From an uncultured Akkermansia sp. (GTDB taxonomy: Bacteria; Verrucomicrobiota; Verrucomicrobiia; Verrucomicrobiales; Akkermansiaceae): a DNA stretch of 32,023 nucleotides. The notes beneath the pieces are model-generated. The model ran no database searches, had not been told where the DNA came from, and saw nothing but the letters and a program-made list of their open reading frames with translations. Positions within the stretch are counted from its first letter, which is position 1; every line of letters starts with the position of its first letter. This document shows positions 1-9,195 of the stretch, one piece after another. The DNA lies in contig CANPXA010000001.1 of the NCBI GenBank assembly GCA_947585525.1, forward strand, positions 1-32,023, in the 5' to 3' direction. A program made the translations under genes and the position numbers.

Positions 1-54
1 CGCAGCGGACAAACCAGCTTCGACGCAACCGTGGGCTACAGAATCAGCTTCTGA
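1..54 (+). CDS. 3' end of an autotransporter (beta-barrel C-terminus), partial
   Basis: Frame 1 reads RSGQTSFDATVGYRISF-stop, matching the C-terminus RSGWTSFNATVGYRINF of the autotransporter ending at 31805; terminal Phe typical of outer-membrane beta-barrels. Confidence 0.9.
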   Translation, partial: RSGQTSFDATVGYRISF

Positions 55-75
55 GGAAGCGTGATTCTGTAGCCT

Positions 76-110
76 ATGTACGAAGTACGATCTACGAATT
101 ACGATGTAAG
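76..110 (+). repeat. Degenerate heptamer tandem array (5 units)
   Basis: ATGTACG AAGTACG ATCTACG AATTACG ATGTAAG; same family as the ATTTACG/AATTACG arrays elsewhere in the window. Confidence 0.8.
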
Positions 111-163
111 CAAAGCAGACAATTTTCTCGCTGGGAAGCGGGGAGAAAAAAAGAAACGAAATG

Positions 164-206
164 AAAAACCGCCGGCGGTGAGGAAACTCACCGCCGGCAA
201 CTCTTT
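164..206. terminator. Intrinsic terminator-like hairpin between convergent genes, possibly bidirectional
   Basis: Perfect 12-bp stem GCCGGCGGTGAG (171-182) / CTCACCGCCGGC (187-198) with GAAA loop; A-tract on the left, CTCTTT on the right. Confidence 0.7.
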
Positions 207-338
207 GGCACCTGACGGTGCCCATATACGATTTACAAAGCCCACGAGGGCTCGGAGTGGGATTGGACAAAAGCGCAACTTTTGCCCAAACTGCCTTACA
301 GCCGTCGGCAGTTTTGTCCATTGTCCATCGTCCATGAA
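207..338. repeat. Modular palindromic intergenic element
   Basis: GGCACC-TGAC-GGTGCC hairpin, ATATACG ATTTACA heptamers, GGACAAAAG..CTTTTGCCC hairpin (265-287), AAACTGCC..GGCAGTTT hairpin and (T/C)GTCCAT heptamers; 285-334 matches 2026-2075 at 46/50. Confidence 0.8.
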
Positions 339-348
339 TTTGTTTCTT

Positions 349-381
349 GAAACAAAAAGGCGCGCCGACTTGGCACGCCTT
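349..381 (-). terminator. Intrinsic terminator of rpsF
   Basis: Minus strand AGGCGTGCC-AAGTC-GGCGCGCCT followed by TTTTGTTTC, about 28 nt after the rpsF stop. Confidence 0.7.
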
Positions 382-408
382 AGAAGAAACAAATAAGCAA
401 AGAGGGGC

Positions 409-687
409 TTACTTAGCGCGGTAGTATTGATAGTGAACGCGACCGTCGATCGCCAACGCCTCGCGAGCGGTGCGTATGGTTTCGGGTTCAGCCTCGAAAG
501 CAAAGAGCATATACTGTCCATTCTTCATGTGATGGGACTCGTACGCAAAATCGCGGCGTCCTACATTGGTGACCTCTGTCACGTTTGCGCCGGCTTCTTG
601 GAGCTTGGCGCTTATGGCTGACGTGAGCTCGTCGAGAGTCTCGCTGCCTTTCATATTCAGGACGATCAGTGCTTCGTACTTTCTCAT
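409..687 (-). CDS. rpsF: 30S ribosomal protein S6
   Basis: 92 aa; MRKYEALIVL start, G-R-R-x-F-A-Y motif and G-x-Y-x-L-x-x-F, typical of bS6. Confidence 0.93.
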   Translation of the reverse strand: MRKYEALIVLNMKGSETLDELTSAISAKLQEAGANVTEVTNVGRRDFAYESHHMKNGQYMLFAFEAEPETIRTAREALAIDGRVHYQYYRAK

Positions 688-730
688 AGTGTGGTTCAGT
701 TAAAATGCGTGTCGCGCGTAACGGCGGCAT

Positions 731-759
731 AGAATGCACCTTTTCCGCTCACTTTGCAA
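731..759 (-). promoter_or_regulatory. Putative sigma70 promoter of rpsF
   Basis: TTGCAA (759-754), 17-nt spacer, CATTCT (736-731). Confidence 0.5.
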
Positions 760-807
760 GCCTAAAATGTGCCTCTGCTCGATTTTTCGTGCCATCGACT
801 TGAAAAA

Positions 808-1776
808 TCAGATCAATTTCAGGCGCACGAGGTCCTGCGTATCGATGAGTCCTACGGGGTGTTTCTGTTCATCGAGGACAACGAGGTCATCGATACGGCG
901 GTCGCGCAGAGTCTTAACGGCAGCTATAGCGAGCTGCTCGGCCTGCACATAAACGGGATTGGGCGTCATGTGTTGCGCCACGGGATGATTCCCGCAGGCG
1001 GGGTCTGACTGGTAAGCGCGGGCGAAATCACCATGAGTAAAGATACCGGCCATGGTGCCGTCCGGGTGGGTGAGGATGCAAGCTCCGGCGCGGGCTTGAG
1101 TCATGGCCACGAGACAATCCATGACCGTGGCATCCTCCGGACGAGAAGCCACCTCCTTACGCATGATATCCGCAATGCGGGTAAGCAGAGCCTTGCCGAG
1201 CGAGCCTCCCGGGTGACTCCTTGCAAAGTCCTCCTTGGTGAAGTGCCTCGCCTCCAGCAACGCCATGGCCAGCGCATCCCCCATCACGAGCATCGCCGTG
1301 GAGGATGATGTGGGCGCCAAGTTCAAAGGATCCGCCTCTCGCTCCACCGGCGTCAGCAGCAGGATGTCCGACAATTGCGCCAAGGTCGAGCCTTCCTTCC
1401 CCGTCATCCCGATCAACGGCATATCATAGCGCTTCAGGAAAGGCAGCAGGGTGAGCAGCTCCGACGTCTCGCCGGAGTACGACATGGCGATGCAGGCATC
1501 CCCGTCCTGAACAATTCCCAGATCCCCGTGCATGGCGTTCATGGAATCCAGCACGATGGAAGGAGCTCCCGTCGATGTGAGCGTGGCCGCTATTTTATTG
1601 CCGACAAGACCGCTCTTCCCCACTCCCACCACAATGATCTTGTGTCCGCCCTCGACCGCCGTACGCATCGCTTCCACTGCCTTTGAAAAATTCTCGTCGA
1701 GCTTTTCACCTATCACTCGCAATGCCTCAATCTCATCCTCAAACACCTTTTTGCCGCGTACTGTGTGGTCGTTCAT
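808..1776 (-). CDS. kdsD: KpsF/GutQ family arabinose-5-phosphate isomerase (SIS + CBS domains)
   Basis: GVGKSG, HGDLG, SYSGET, PTSSS and HPGGSLG motifs plus a C-terminal CBS pair; start moved to ATG 1776 (MNDHTV) because a promoter occupies 1799-1826. Confidence 0.9.
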   Translation of the reverse strand: MNDHTVRGKKVFEDEIEALRVIGEKLDENFSKAVEAMRTAVEGGHKIIVVGVGKSGLVGNKIAATLTSTGAPSIVLDSMNAMHGDLGIVQDGDACIAMSYSGETSELLTLLPFLKRYDMPLIGMTGKEGSTLAQLSDILLLTPVEREADPLNLAPTSSSTAMLVMGDALAMALLEARHFTKEDFARSHPGGSLGKALLTRIADIMRKEVASRPEDATVMDCLVAMTQARAGACILTHPDGTMAGIFTHGDFARAYQSDPACGNHPVAQHMTPNPVYVQAEQLAIAAVKTLRDRRIDDLVVLDEQKHPVGLIDTQDLVRLKLI

Positions 1777-1798
1777 GTCCGTTTGCTTTGTTCCCCGC

Positions 1799-1826
1799 AT
1801 TCTACCATAACGAGCTCGGATGTCAA
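1799..1826 (-). promoter_or_regulatory. Putative sigma70 promoter of kdsD
   Basis: TTGACA (1826-1821), 16-nt spacer ending TGG, TAGAAT (1804-1799). Confidence 0.7.
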
Positions 1827-1844
1827 GACACGAGGACACACGTG

Positions 1845-2078
1845 GGCAAACGCTCAGCGTTTGCCTATTTACGATTTACGATTTACGATTTACGATTTGA
1901 ATTTTAGCGCGCTCCGCGCGTTCCAGCGGAGCAGTAGCGTAGCGAAATTCCGAAAAAGAAAGTGATGAGTGGTTTGAAAGCGTCAGGAACTATGCCATGC
2001 CGGGTGTACTGCTTTGCGACATCGTCCCAAACTGCCTCACAGCCGTCGGCAGTTTTGTCCGTCGTCCATGGTCCACGG
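1845..2078. repeat. Modular palindromic intergenic element with heptamer arrays at both ends
   Basis: GGCAAACGC-TCA-GCGTTTGCC (1845-1865), (ATTTACG)x4 (1867-1894), GCGNAGC motifs, AAACTGCC..GGCAGTTT hairpin, then TTGTCCG TCGTCCA TGGTCCA (2055-2075). Confidence 0.85.
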
Positions 2079-3833
<1,755 letters not shown>

Positions 3834-3885
3834 GGAGGTCGGGAAAAGTTGGGTTGTGCCGGTCTTCCCCCTTTCGATCCTCAAT

Positions 3886-4152
3886 TCAATTTTCTCCGAA
3901 TTTTCCGGCGACTAATTGCTCCAAAGCGGCGATCGCCTCGGCTTCGTCCTCTCCTTCTGCTGTCACGGTGATCTCAGCTCCACACCCCACAGCCAGCATC
4001 ATCAATCCCATGATGCTCTTGCCATCCACGCGTTCCTCATCCTTTTCGACGGTCACGTCCGACTTGAATCGACTCGCCACCCGCACGAATTGCGCCGCCG
4101 GGCGTGCATGAATGCCTAGTTTGTTCAGGACGGTGATTTTCTTTGTGATCAT
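3886..4152 (-). CDS. ptsH: Phosphocarrier protein HPr
   Basis: 88 aa; GIHARPA (His15) and KSIMGLMML (Ser46) motifs. Confidence 0.95.
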   Translation of the reverse strand: MITKKITVLNKLGIHARPAAQFVRVASRFKSDVTVEKDEERVDGKSIMGLMMLAVGCGAEITVTAEGEDEAEAIAALEQLVAGKFGEN

Positions 4153-4189
4153 AGCGGCTTTTCTAATTGATACGCTCCTTCTCGACGAT

Positions 4190-4217
4190 ATTATACGGTT
4201 TTTTTCTCCGTTAGCGA
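4190..4217 (-). promoter_or_regulatory. Putative promoter of ptsH-ptsI
   Basis: Perfect TATAAT (4195-4190); only a weak -35 candidate (TCGCTA). Confidence 0.45.
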
Positions 4218-4251
4218 GCTTTTTCCTCTATCAATTTATCCGAACCGTCCA

Positions 4252-5568
4252 TCAGACCCCTTCAGCACCTCTGTTTTCGCGCATGAGCGACTCGACGTCA
4301 TCGGGCTCCAAGGGGGCCGTGGTGATGAGGTCTTCGGTATGGTCGGAGTGGATGAGCACGTCCGTCTCAATGCGCACACCTATATTTTCGGCGGCGATGT
4401 AGATGCCCGGCTCAATGGTCCACACTTGGCCTTCGGCGAAGACGGGATTGGGCGGACAGACATCGTGGACGTCGAGACCGAGGGGGTGGGAGACACTGTG
4501 CATATAGTATTTGCGCACACAGGTCGGGTCATCGGCTTCTTTTGCAACTTCCTCCTCGGAGAGGAGACCGAGTCGGATCAATTCCTCCGCCATACGGATG
4601 CGGACGAGGCGCTCGTAGTCGGTCTTGAGGACGCCCGGACGCATGATGGAAGCGGCATAGCGATGGACGGCGAGAACGGACGAGTACACCGCTCTCTGAC
4701 GCGGGGAGAAATGTCCGTTGACCGGAATGGTGCGGCTCATATCACCGGCGTAACCGCCGTACTCAGCGCCCACGTCAAAGAGCACGAGATCGCCGTCGGT
4801 ACAGCGTTTGTGGTTGCTGATGTAATGCAGCACACAGGTGTCGCTGCCGGAAGCGATGATGGGCAAAAAGGAGAAGAAACGCGAGCGGCGCCGGATGTAT
4901 TGTTCACTCAGCAGAGCCTCCATCTCCCATTCGCCCATGCCGGGGCGGATATGCGGCAAGATAGAAGAAAAACCTTCGCCCGTGATACGGCAGGCCTCGC
5001 GCAACTGCGAGAGTTCTTCCGCACTCTTCACGAGACGCATGGCGGAGAGCAGCGGGTAGAGGCTGTTGAATTCTGCGTTTTTGTACTGTTCGCGCAGGGG
5101 GGCGTTGAGTCGTTCATTGCGAGTCTGCACTTCCGTGTACCGTCGCGGATGGTCATCCGTCTCCAGGTAGATGTGGCGGGCGCTTTGGGCGACCTGAGAG
5201 AGCAGGGCGGAGTACTCATCCGTCCAACGTACGTCCGCGATGCCGGAGAGCGAGCTGCCTTCCTCTTTGGTGAGGCGGGCTCCTTCCCAAATGGCGATTT
5301 TTTCATTCGTTTCACGCAGCAGGAGCGTATCGTGGTGGTCCCCCTTTTCTCCCACCTGCATGAGCAGGATGCTTTCTTCCTGGTCGATGCCGGTGAGGTA
5401 GAGCAGGTCGGCATTCTGTCGGTGCTGCATGGTGCCGTCGGCATTGGTGGGGTACACGTCGTTGGCGTGGAGAATCACGAGACTGTGGGGAGGCAGGGCA
5501 GCGGCGAGACGGTCGCGGTTGCGGCGGTAAAAATCGGCGGGGATCGGTGTGTAGCGCAGAGTTTGCAT
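4252..5568 (-). CDS. pepP: Xaa-Pro aminopeptidase (M24B, aminopeptidase P)
   Basis: LHY, DVGAEY..YAGDMSRT, HPLGLDVHD, TIEPGIY and GVRIETDV metal-site motifs; probable start ATG 5568 (MQTLRY). Confidence 0.92.
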   Translation of the reverse strand: MQTLRYTPIPADFYRRNRDRLAAALPPHSLVILHANDVYPTNADGTMQHRQNADLLYLTGIDQEESILLMQVGEKGDHHDTLLLRETNEKIAIWEGARLTKEEGSSLSGIADVRWTDEYSALLSQVAQSARHIYLETDDHPRRYTEVQTRNERLNAPLREQYKNAEFNSLYPLLSAMRLVKSAEELSQLREACRITGEGFSSILPHIRPGMGEWEMEALLSEQYIRRRSRFFSFLPIIASGSDTCVLHYISNHKRCTDGDLVLFDVGAEYGGYAGDMSRTIPVNGHFSPRQRAVYSSVLAVHRYAASIMRPGVLKTDYERLVRIRMAEELIRLGLLSEEEVAKEADDPTCVRKYYMHSVSHPLGLDVHDVCPPNPVFAEGQVWTIEPGIYIAAENIGVRIETDVLIHSDHTEDLITTAPLEPDDVESLMRENRGAEGV

Positions 5569-5588
5569 AACGCGGGATTGTGGACGGA

Positions 5589-5617
5589 AGTATAGACCCA
5601 ACTCCCTGCTCGTGCAA
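5589..5617 (-). promoter_or_regulatory. Putative sigma70 promoter of pepP
   Basis: TTGCAC (5617-5612), 17 nt, TATACT (5594-5589). Confidence 0.6.
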
Positions 5618-5669
5618 TCCGAATCAGCGTCTTGTGACAAAAAAATCGATGGTTTCCCCAAAATTTGTC

Positions 5670-5697
5670 TTTACAAATCATGGAATATGGGTATAAT
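5670..5697 (+). promoter_or_regulatory. Putative sigma70 promoter of L36 gene
   Basis: TTTACA (5670-5675), 16 nt, TATAAT (5692-5697). Confidence 0.65.
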
Positions 5698-5752
5698 GCG
5701 CCCCTCCGAGAGTAGGGTAGCAATACCAAAAACAAACTGATCGATAACAGCC

Positions 5753-5917
5753 ATGAAAGTTCTTTCCTCACTTGCTTCGATGAAGCGCCGTCACGCAGAT
5801 TGCCAGATCGTGAAGCGCCGGGGGACGCTCTACGTCATCTGCAAGAGCAACCCTAAGTTCAAGGCTCGCCAAGGCGCCACCGCCGGCACGCGCCTCAGCA
5901 AGAAAGGGGTTAAGTGA
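5753..5917 (+). CDS. rpmJ: 50S ribosomal protein L36, type B (YkgO-like); absent from ORF track
   Basis: Manual translation [54 protein letters not shown] (54 aa); promoter before and terminator after. Confidence 0.93.
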   Translation: MKVLSSLASMKRRHADCQIVKRRGTLYVICKSNPKFKARQGATAGTRLSKKGVK

Positions 5918-5948
5918 TACCTTCTGCTTGCCAATGATGATATTTTTG

Positions 5949-5980
5949 AGGTCGGTGGCCGTCACCGACCTTTTCTTTTC
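5949..5980 (+). terminator. Intrinsic terminator after L36 gene
   Basis: AGGTCGGTG-GCCGT-CACCGACCT followed by TTTCTTTTC. Confidence 0.8.
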
Positions 5981-5991
5981 TCCGGGAAAAA

Positions 5992-7161
5992 ATGACGCAA
6001 CAGGATATGAGCGAAGTCGTGCGCACCAGAATATTTCCTCTCGGGGATTTTCGCTTTGAGAGCGGGGAGACCGTGCCGAATTGTGTGCTGGCGTACGAGA
6101 CGTACGGAACGCTCGCGCCGGATGGAGGAAACGCCGTGTTGCTCTTTCATGCACTCACGGGCAGTCACCACGCGCACGGGTACAACGATTCTCTCCCGGA
6201 GGCGGGCGAATTCTGGCAGCCGGAAAATTATGAGGGCTGGTGGGACCGCATGATCGGTCCCGGCAAGCCGCTCGACACGAACGAGTACTTCATCGTCTGC
6301 GCCAACTTCCTGGGTGGCTGCTACGGCAGCTCGGGTCCCACATCCGTGGCTCCGGATGGCAACCACTGGGGGAGCAGGTTCCCTCTGGTGACGGCAGGTG
6401 ACCAAGCACGCGCGCAGGTGAGGCTTTTGGAGTCCATGGGGATTGAGAGGTTTGCGATTGTGGGACCGAGTGTGGGGGGGATGCTCTCGTTGGCGCTCAC
6501 GCATTTGTACCCGGAGAAGGTGCGCAGTGTGATCATCATCGGCGCCGCCAGTGCGCCTCCGATTGAGCATCGACTCTCCGTCTTTGAGCAAATCCTCGCG
6601 ATCGAACTGGACGCGAAGTACCGAGCTGGAATGTATGCGCTGAGTGATCCTCCACGTCGAGGACTCGCCCTTGCACGCATCATCTGCCACAAACTCTTCG
6701 TCTATCAGCGCGGACTGGAGAAGCGTGCCAAACGCGGGGTGGATTCCTCCCGACGCGGTATGCTCGAGTGGTACACTCCCACCCAAAACACAGAGAGCTA
6801 TATGCTGCACCAAGGGGTCAAGTTTGCTCTACGTTTCGACGCGAATGCCTACATCCGCATCGTCAATATGTGGGCGAGATTCCATCTGAGCAAGGTTTCG
6901 GGAGGATTGAGCGAAGATGAGGTCTTCGCCGGTTACGCAGCGCACAAGATACCGTTCCTGCTCTATTCGATCAATACGGATTGTTGCTACACGCCGCGAG
7001 CGGTGTCGAACTTTTACCGACGACTCGTGAAAAACGGAGTGAGTGCGCAATACCACTGCATCCATTCGGTCAAGGGACACGACTCGTTCCTGTTGGAGCC
7101 GGAGCTCTATGAGGAGGGAATACGCTCCGCCCTGTCCTGCCGGGAAGATAGCATCGCGTAA
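5992..7161 (+). CDS. metX: Homoserine O-acetyltransferase (MetX family)
   Basis: AYETYG, HALTG, GWWD.MIGPGK.LDT, NFLGGCYGSSGP, G-P-S-V-G-G nucleophile elbow, RFDANAY, GHDSFLLE; start could be 6007. Confidence 0.88.
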   Translation: MTQQDMSEVVRTRIFPLGDFRFESGETVPNCVLAYETYGTLAPDGGNAVLLFHALTGSHHAHGYNDSLPEAGEFWQPENYEGWWDRMIGPGKPLDTNEYFIVCANFLGGCYGSSGPTSVAPDGNHWGSRFPLVTAGDQARAQVRLLESMGIERFAIVGPSVGGMLSLALTHLYPEKVRSVIIIGAASAPPIEHRLSVFEQILAIELDAKYRAGMYALSDPPRRGLALARIICHKLFVYQRGLEKRAKRGVDSSRRGMLEWYTPTQNTESYMLHQGVKFALRFDANAYIRIVNMWARFHLSKVSGGLSEDEVFAGYAAHKIPFLLYSINTDCCYTPRAVSNFYRRLVKNGVSAQYHCIHSVKGHDSFLLEPELYEEGIRSALSCREDSIA

Positions 7162-7290
7162 CTCCGGACGTCTTTCCCAATCGTAAATAAGCGGCACGGC
7201 GGCACTCCACCGCCTTAGCCTCCCGCCGCTTTCTAAGTATCATCCCGCATTGTTTCAAAAATTCCTCTCAGCCCTCGATCCGCATATCCC

Positions 7291-7356
7291 GCGCCAACGG
7301 CGCGCATTATTTCCAAATCGTAAATCGTAAATCGTAAATAGGTGCCACCGGTGCCT
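7291..7356. repeat. Right-arm copy of the intergenic element
   Basis: 7300-7342 (GCGCGCATTATTTCC, AAATCGT x3, AAATAGG) matches 15045-15087 at 42/43. Confidence 0.85.
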
Positions 7357-7376
7357 CCGTCCATGGATCGTTTCCG

Positions 7377-7601
7377 TCACCGGTTGAGAACGCCGCAGTG
7401 GGGGCAGGCGACGGGTTCCTTTTGCGGAGGGCGAATGAAACGGTAGCCGCAGATGCGGCAGGTGGAGAGTCGGCGTTTGCGCGCCACACGACGCAGCTTG
7501 GAGGCGATTTGCACCGGGATCATCACGAAGAGTACGGCAGCCATGCTCCCGAAGATGAGAAGCATGAAGAATTGATTGAGTGAGAGGTTGATGAAGCTCA
7601 T
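7377..7601 (-). CDS. Small membrane-anchored zinc-ribbon protein
   Basis: 74 aa; N-terminal hydrophobic helix, basic stretch, CRIC...CPHC; 14 nt downstream of the preceding gene on the same strand. Confidence 0.75.
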   Translation of the reverse strand: MSFINLSLNQFFMLLIFGSMAAVLFVMIPVQIASKLRRVARKRRLSTCRICGYRFIRPPQKEPVACPHCGVLNR

Positions 7602-7615
7602 GACTCGGGAGGATT

Positions 7616-8026
7616 CTACTGCTCGTTTGCAGGAGGGGGCAGTTTGAGAAGACGTTCGGGATCGAGAACAATGGAGTCCGGGACGCTGTAGGGGGTGAAG
7701 GCAGGAGGAGCGGGCTGCAGATGTACTTTACGGGGAAGGGGGAGAGGGTGTTCCGGTATGGGAAGTTGGGCCACGGGGTCAATGGAATCCGGAAGACGCA
7801 TGGGCAGGGCGCTGTGTTGGCGCACGCGGAAACGAGTCAGCTCGTCATTGCGGTAATAGACGCGACCGACCCCTCTGGGCGGGGTGGTGGCGGGCAGAGA
7901 AACGCGAACGAAAACCATGAAGAGCGCCACAACAAGGGCCGCCAAAAAAAAGAACAGCGGCAGACAGCCCGGCATGGGACGTGTATGCAGAGAGTGGTAG
8001 ATGAGGTTGATGGGTGCACGTTTCAT
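7616..8026 (-). CDS. Hypothetical single-pass membrane protein, Pro-rich
   Basis: 136 aa; TM segment LPLFFFLAALVVALFMVFV, Pro-rich tail; ATGA overlap with the exbD-like stop (8023-8026). Confidence 0.7.
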   Translation of the reverse strand: MKRAPINLIYHSLHTRPMPGCLPLFFFLAALVVALFMVFVRVSLPATTPPRGVGRVYYRNDELTRFRVRQHSALPMRLPDSIDPVAQLPIPEHPLPLPRKVHLQPAPPAFTPYSVPDSIVLDPERLLKLPPPANEQ

Positions 8027-8454
8027 TCCTGATGGGCGGGACGTCCGAAGAAAGCGCAGTTGTATCCGTGTGAGAGAATCATGTCGGCGAGTTGTTGAAC
8101 GGTGCCGACGGAGACGGCCTCATCGCAGACAATGATGACAGTGACGTGGGAGGGATTGGGATTCTCCCAGCTCTTGAGGACGTCCTCCATGCCATCCAGA
8201 CCGCCCTGAATCTCGTCATTTTCGACGTAAAAACGGGGGATTTCGCCGGGGGTGATCGTGATGATGTGGGAGAGTGAGCGGTCGTAGGAGCCGAGTACAA
8301 AATGGGACTCCGCGGGGCGCAGATTGATGCCGTAGCGGGGCGCCCTGTAGCTCGTGAGCAGCACGCACATACACAACAGCACAAAGAGATTGACCCCCGC
8401 CAAAACGATGATGGCAAAACCGGAACCCTTCAGGTTGGAGCGTATGCGCCGCAT
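8023..8454 (-). CDS. ExbD/TolR family protein (atypical TM)
   Basis: Short basic N-terminus, one TM, periplasmic part with VIIVCDEAVSVGTVQQLADM resembling the ExbD/TolR 'I.aD..v.yg.v..v.d' motif; follows an exbB-like gene. Confidence 0.75.
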   Translation of the reverse strand: MRRIRSNLKGSGFAIIVLAGVNLFVLLCMCVLLTSYRAPRYGINLRPAESHFVLGSYDRSLSHIITITPGEIPRFYVENDEIQGGLDGMEDVLKSWENPNPSHVTVIIVCDEAVSVGTVQQLADMILSHGYNCAFFGRPAHQE

Positions 8455-8475
8455 GGTGACAGGTAGGTGGTGGGG

Positions 8476-9168
8476 TCAATTTTCAGAGTCATCCTCATCC
8501 ATGTCCTCGTCCGGAGAGACGGAAGAGGGAGAAGGAGAGTCGCCGTTCTTGCCGCGGAGACGAGCATCGCAGATGATGTGAACGCATTCGAGTCCGGCGC
8601 GTTCGATGGAGTTGATGATTTTACGCGCGCGGGAGGCGAGGTACATATAAAAGATGTAAGCGGGGATGGCGAGGGTGATGCCTGTGGCCGAGAGGAGGAG
8701 AGCGCGGCGGAGAGCGAAGGCGACTTGGGGCATGGAGGCAGCGCCATCGATGATGCCGGGCTGCTCATAGAAATCGACAAGTCCGAGAATGGTGCCGAGC
8801 AGGCCGAGAAGAGGCATCACGGTGGCGCATACCAGCAGGGTGCGGATGTTGCGGTCCACGCGGAAAACCTCAAGCTCGGCAGCTTCAAGGGCGATCTCGC
8901 GCAGCTCACTGCGAGCAAGGCGTGAGCGGGTGAGCACCGCTTCCACCACACGCGCCATGGGACCCGGCAGTTGGCGGGCTTCATGCAGAGCCTCGTTGTA
9001 TTGCCCGCTGCGCAGGAGGGCGGAGAGGCCGCGCAGGAAATCGCCGGAGTTGATGCTGATGCGGTGGAAGTAGAAGAGGCGTTCAGCGATGACAGCCAGG
9101 GCGAGCACGGCGAAGAAGACGATGAGCCAGAGAATCGGCCCCATGGTGATGATGATGTTTCCGTTCAT
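8476..9168 (-). CDS. MotA/TolQ/ExbB proton channel family protein
   Basis: Three-TM layout; PLLGLLGTILGL and ALLLSATGITLAIPA motifs. Confidence 0.9.
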   Translation of the reverse strand: MNGNIIITMGPILWLIVFFAVLALAVIAERLFYFHRISINSGDFLRGLSALLRSGQYNEALHEARQLPGPMARVVEAVLTRSRLARSELREIALEAAELEVFRVDRNIRTLLVCATVMPLLGLLGTILGLVDFYEQPGIIDGAASMPQVAFALRRALLLSATGITLAIPAYIFYMYLASRARKIINSIERAGLECVHIICDARLRGKNGDSPSPSSVSPDEDMDEDDSEN

Positions 9169-9195
9169 GGAGGAGAGAAGGAGAGAGAGTCAAGC

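Noticed and set aside
1-76. Terminal redundancy (circular element or misassembly) with 31752-31827
   Set aside because: The copies differ at 13 of 76 positions, many at synonymous sites, and enclose housekeeping genes; they are paralogs.
76-521. ORFs 76-396 (+) and 99-521 (-)
   Set aside because: They run through terminators and repeat modules; the peptide shared with ORF 1990-2181 (TKLPTAVRQFG) only reflects the DNA repeat.
4339-5595. 418-aa plus-strand ORF
   Set aside because: Antisense shadow of pepP, common in GC-rich DNA.
5918-5991. SAM riboswitch or T-box upstream of metX
   Set aside because: Only 74 nt, occupied by the L36 terminator; no recognisable aptamer motifs.
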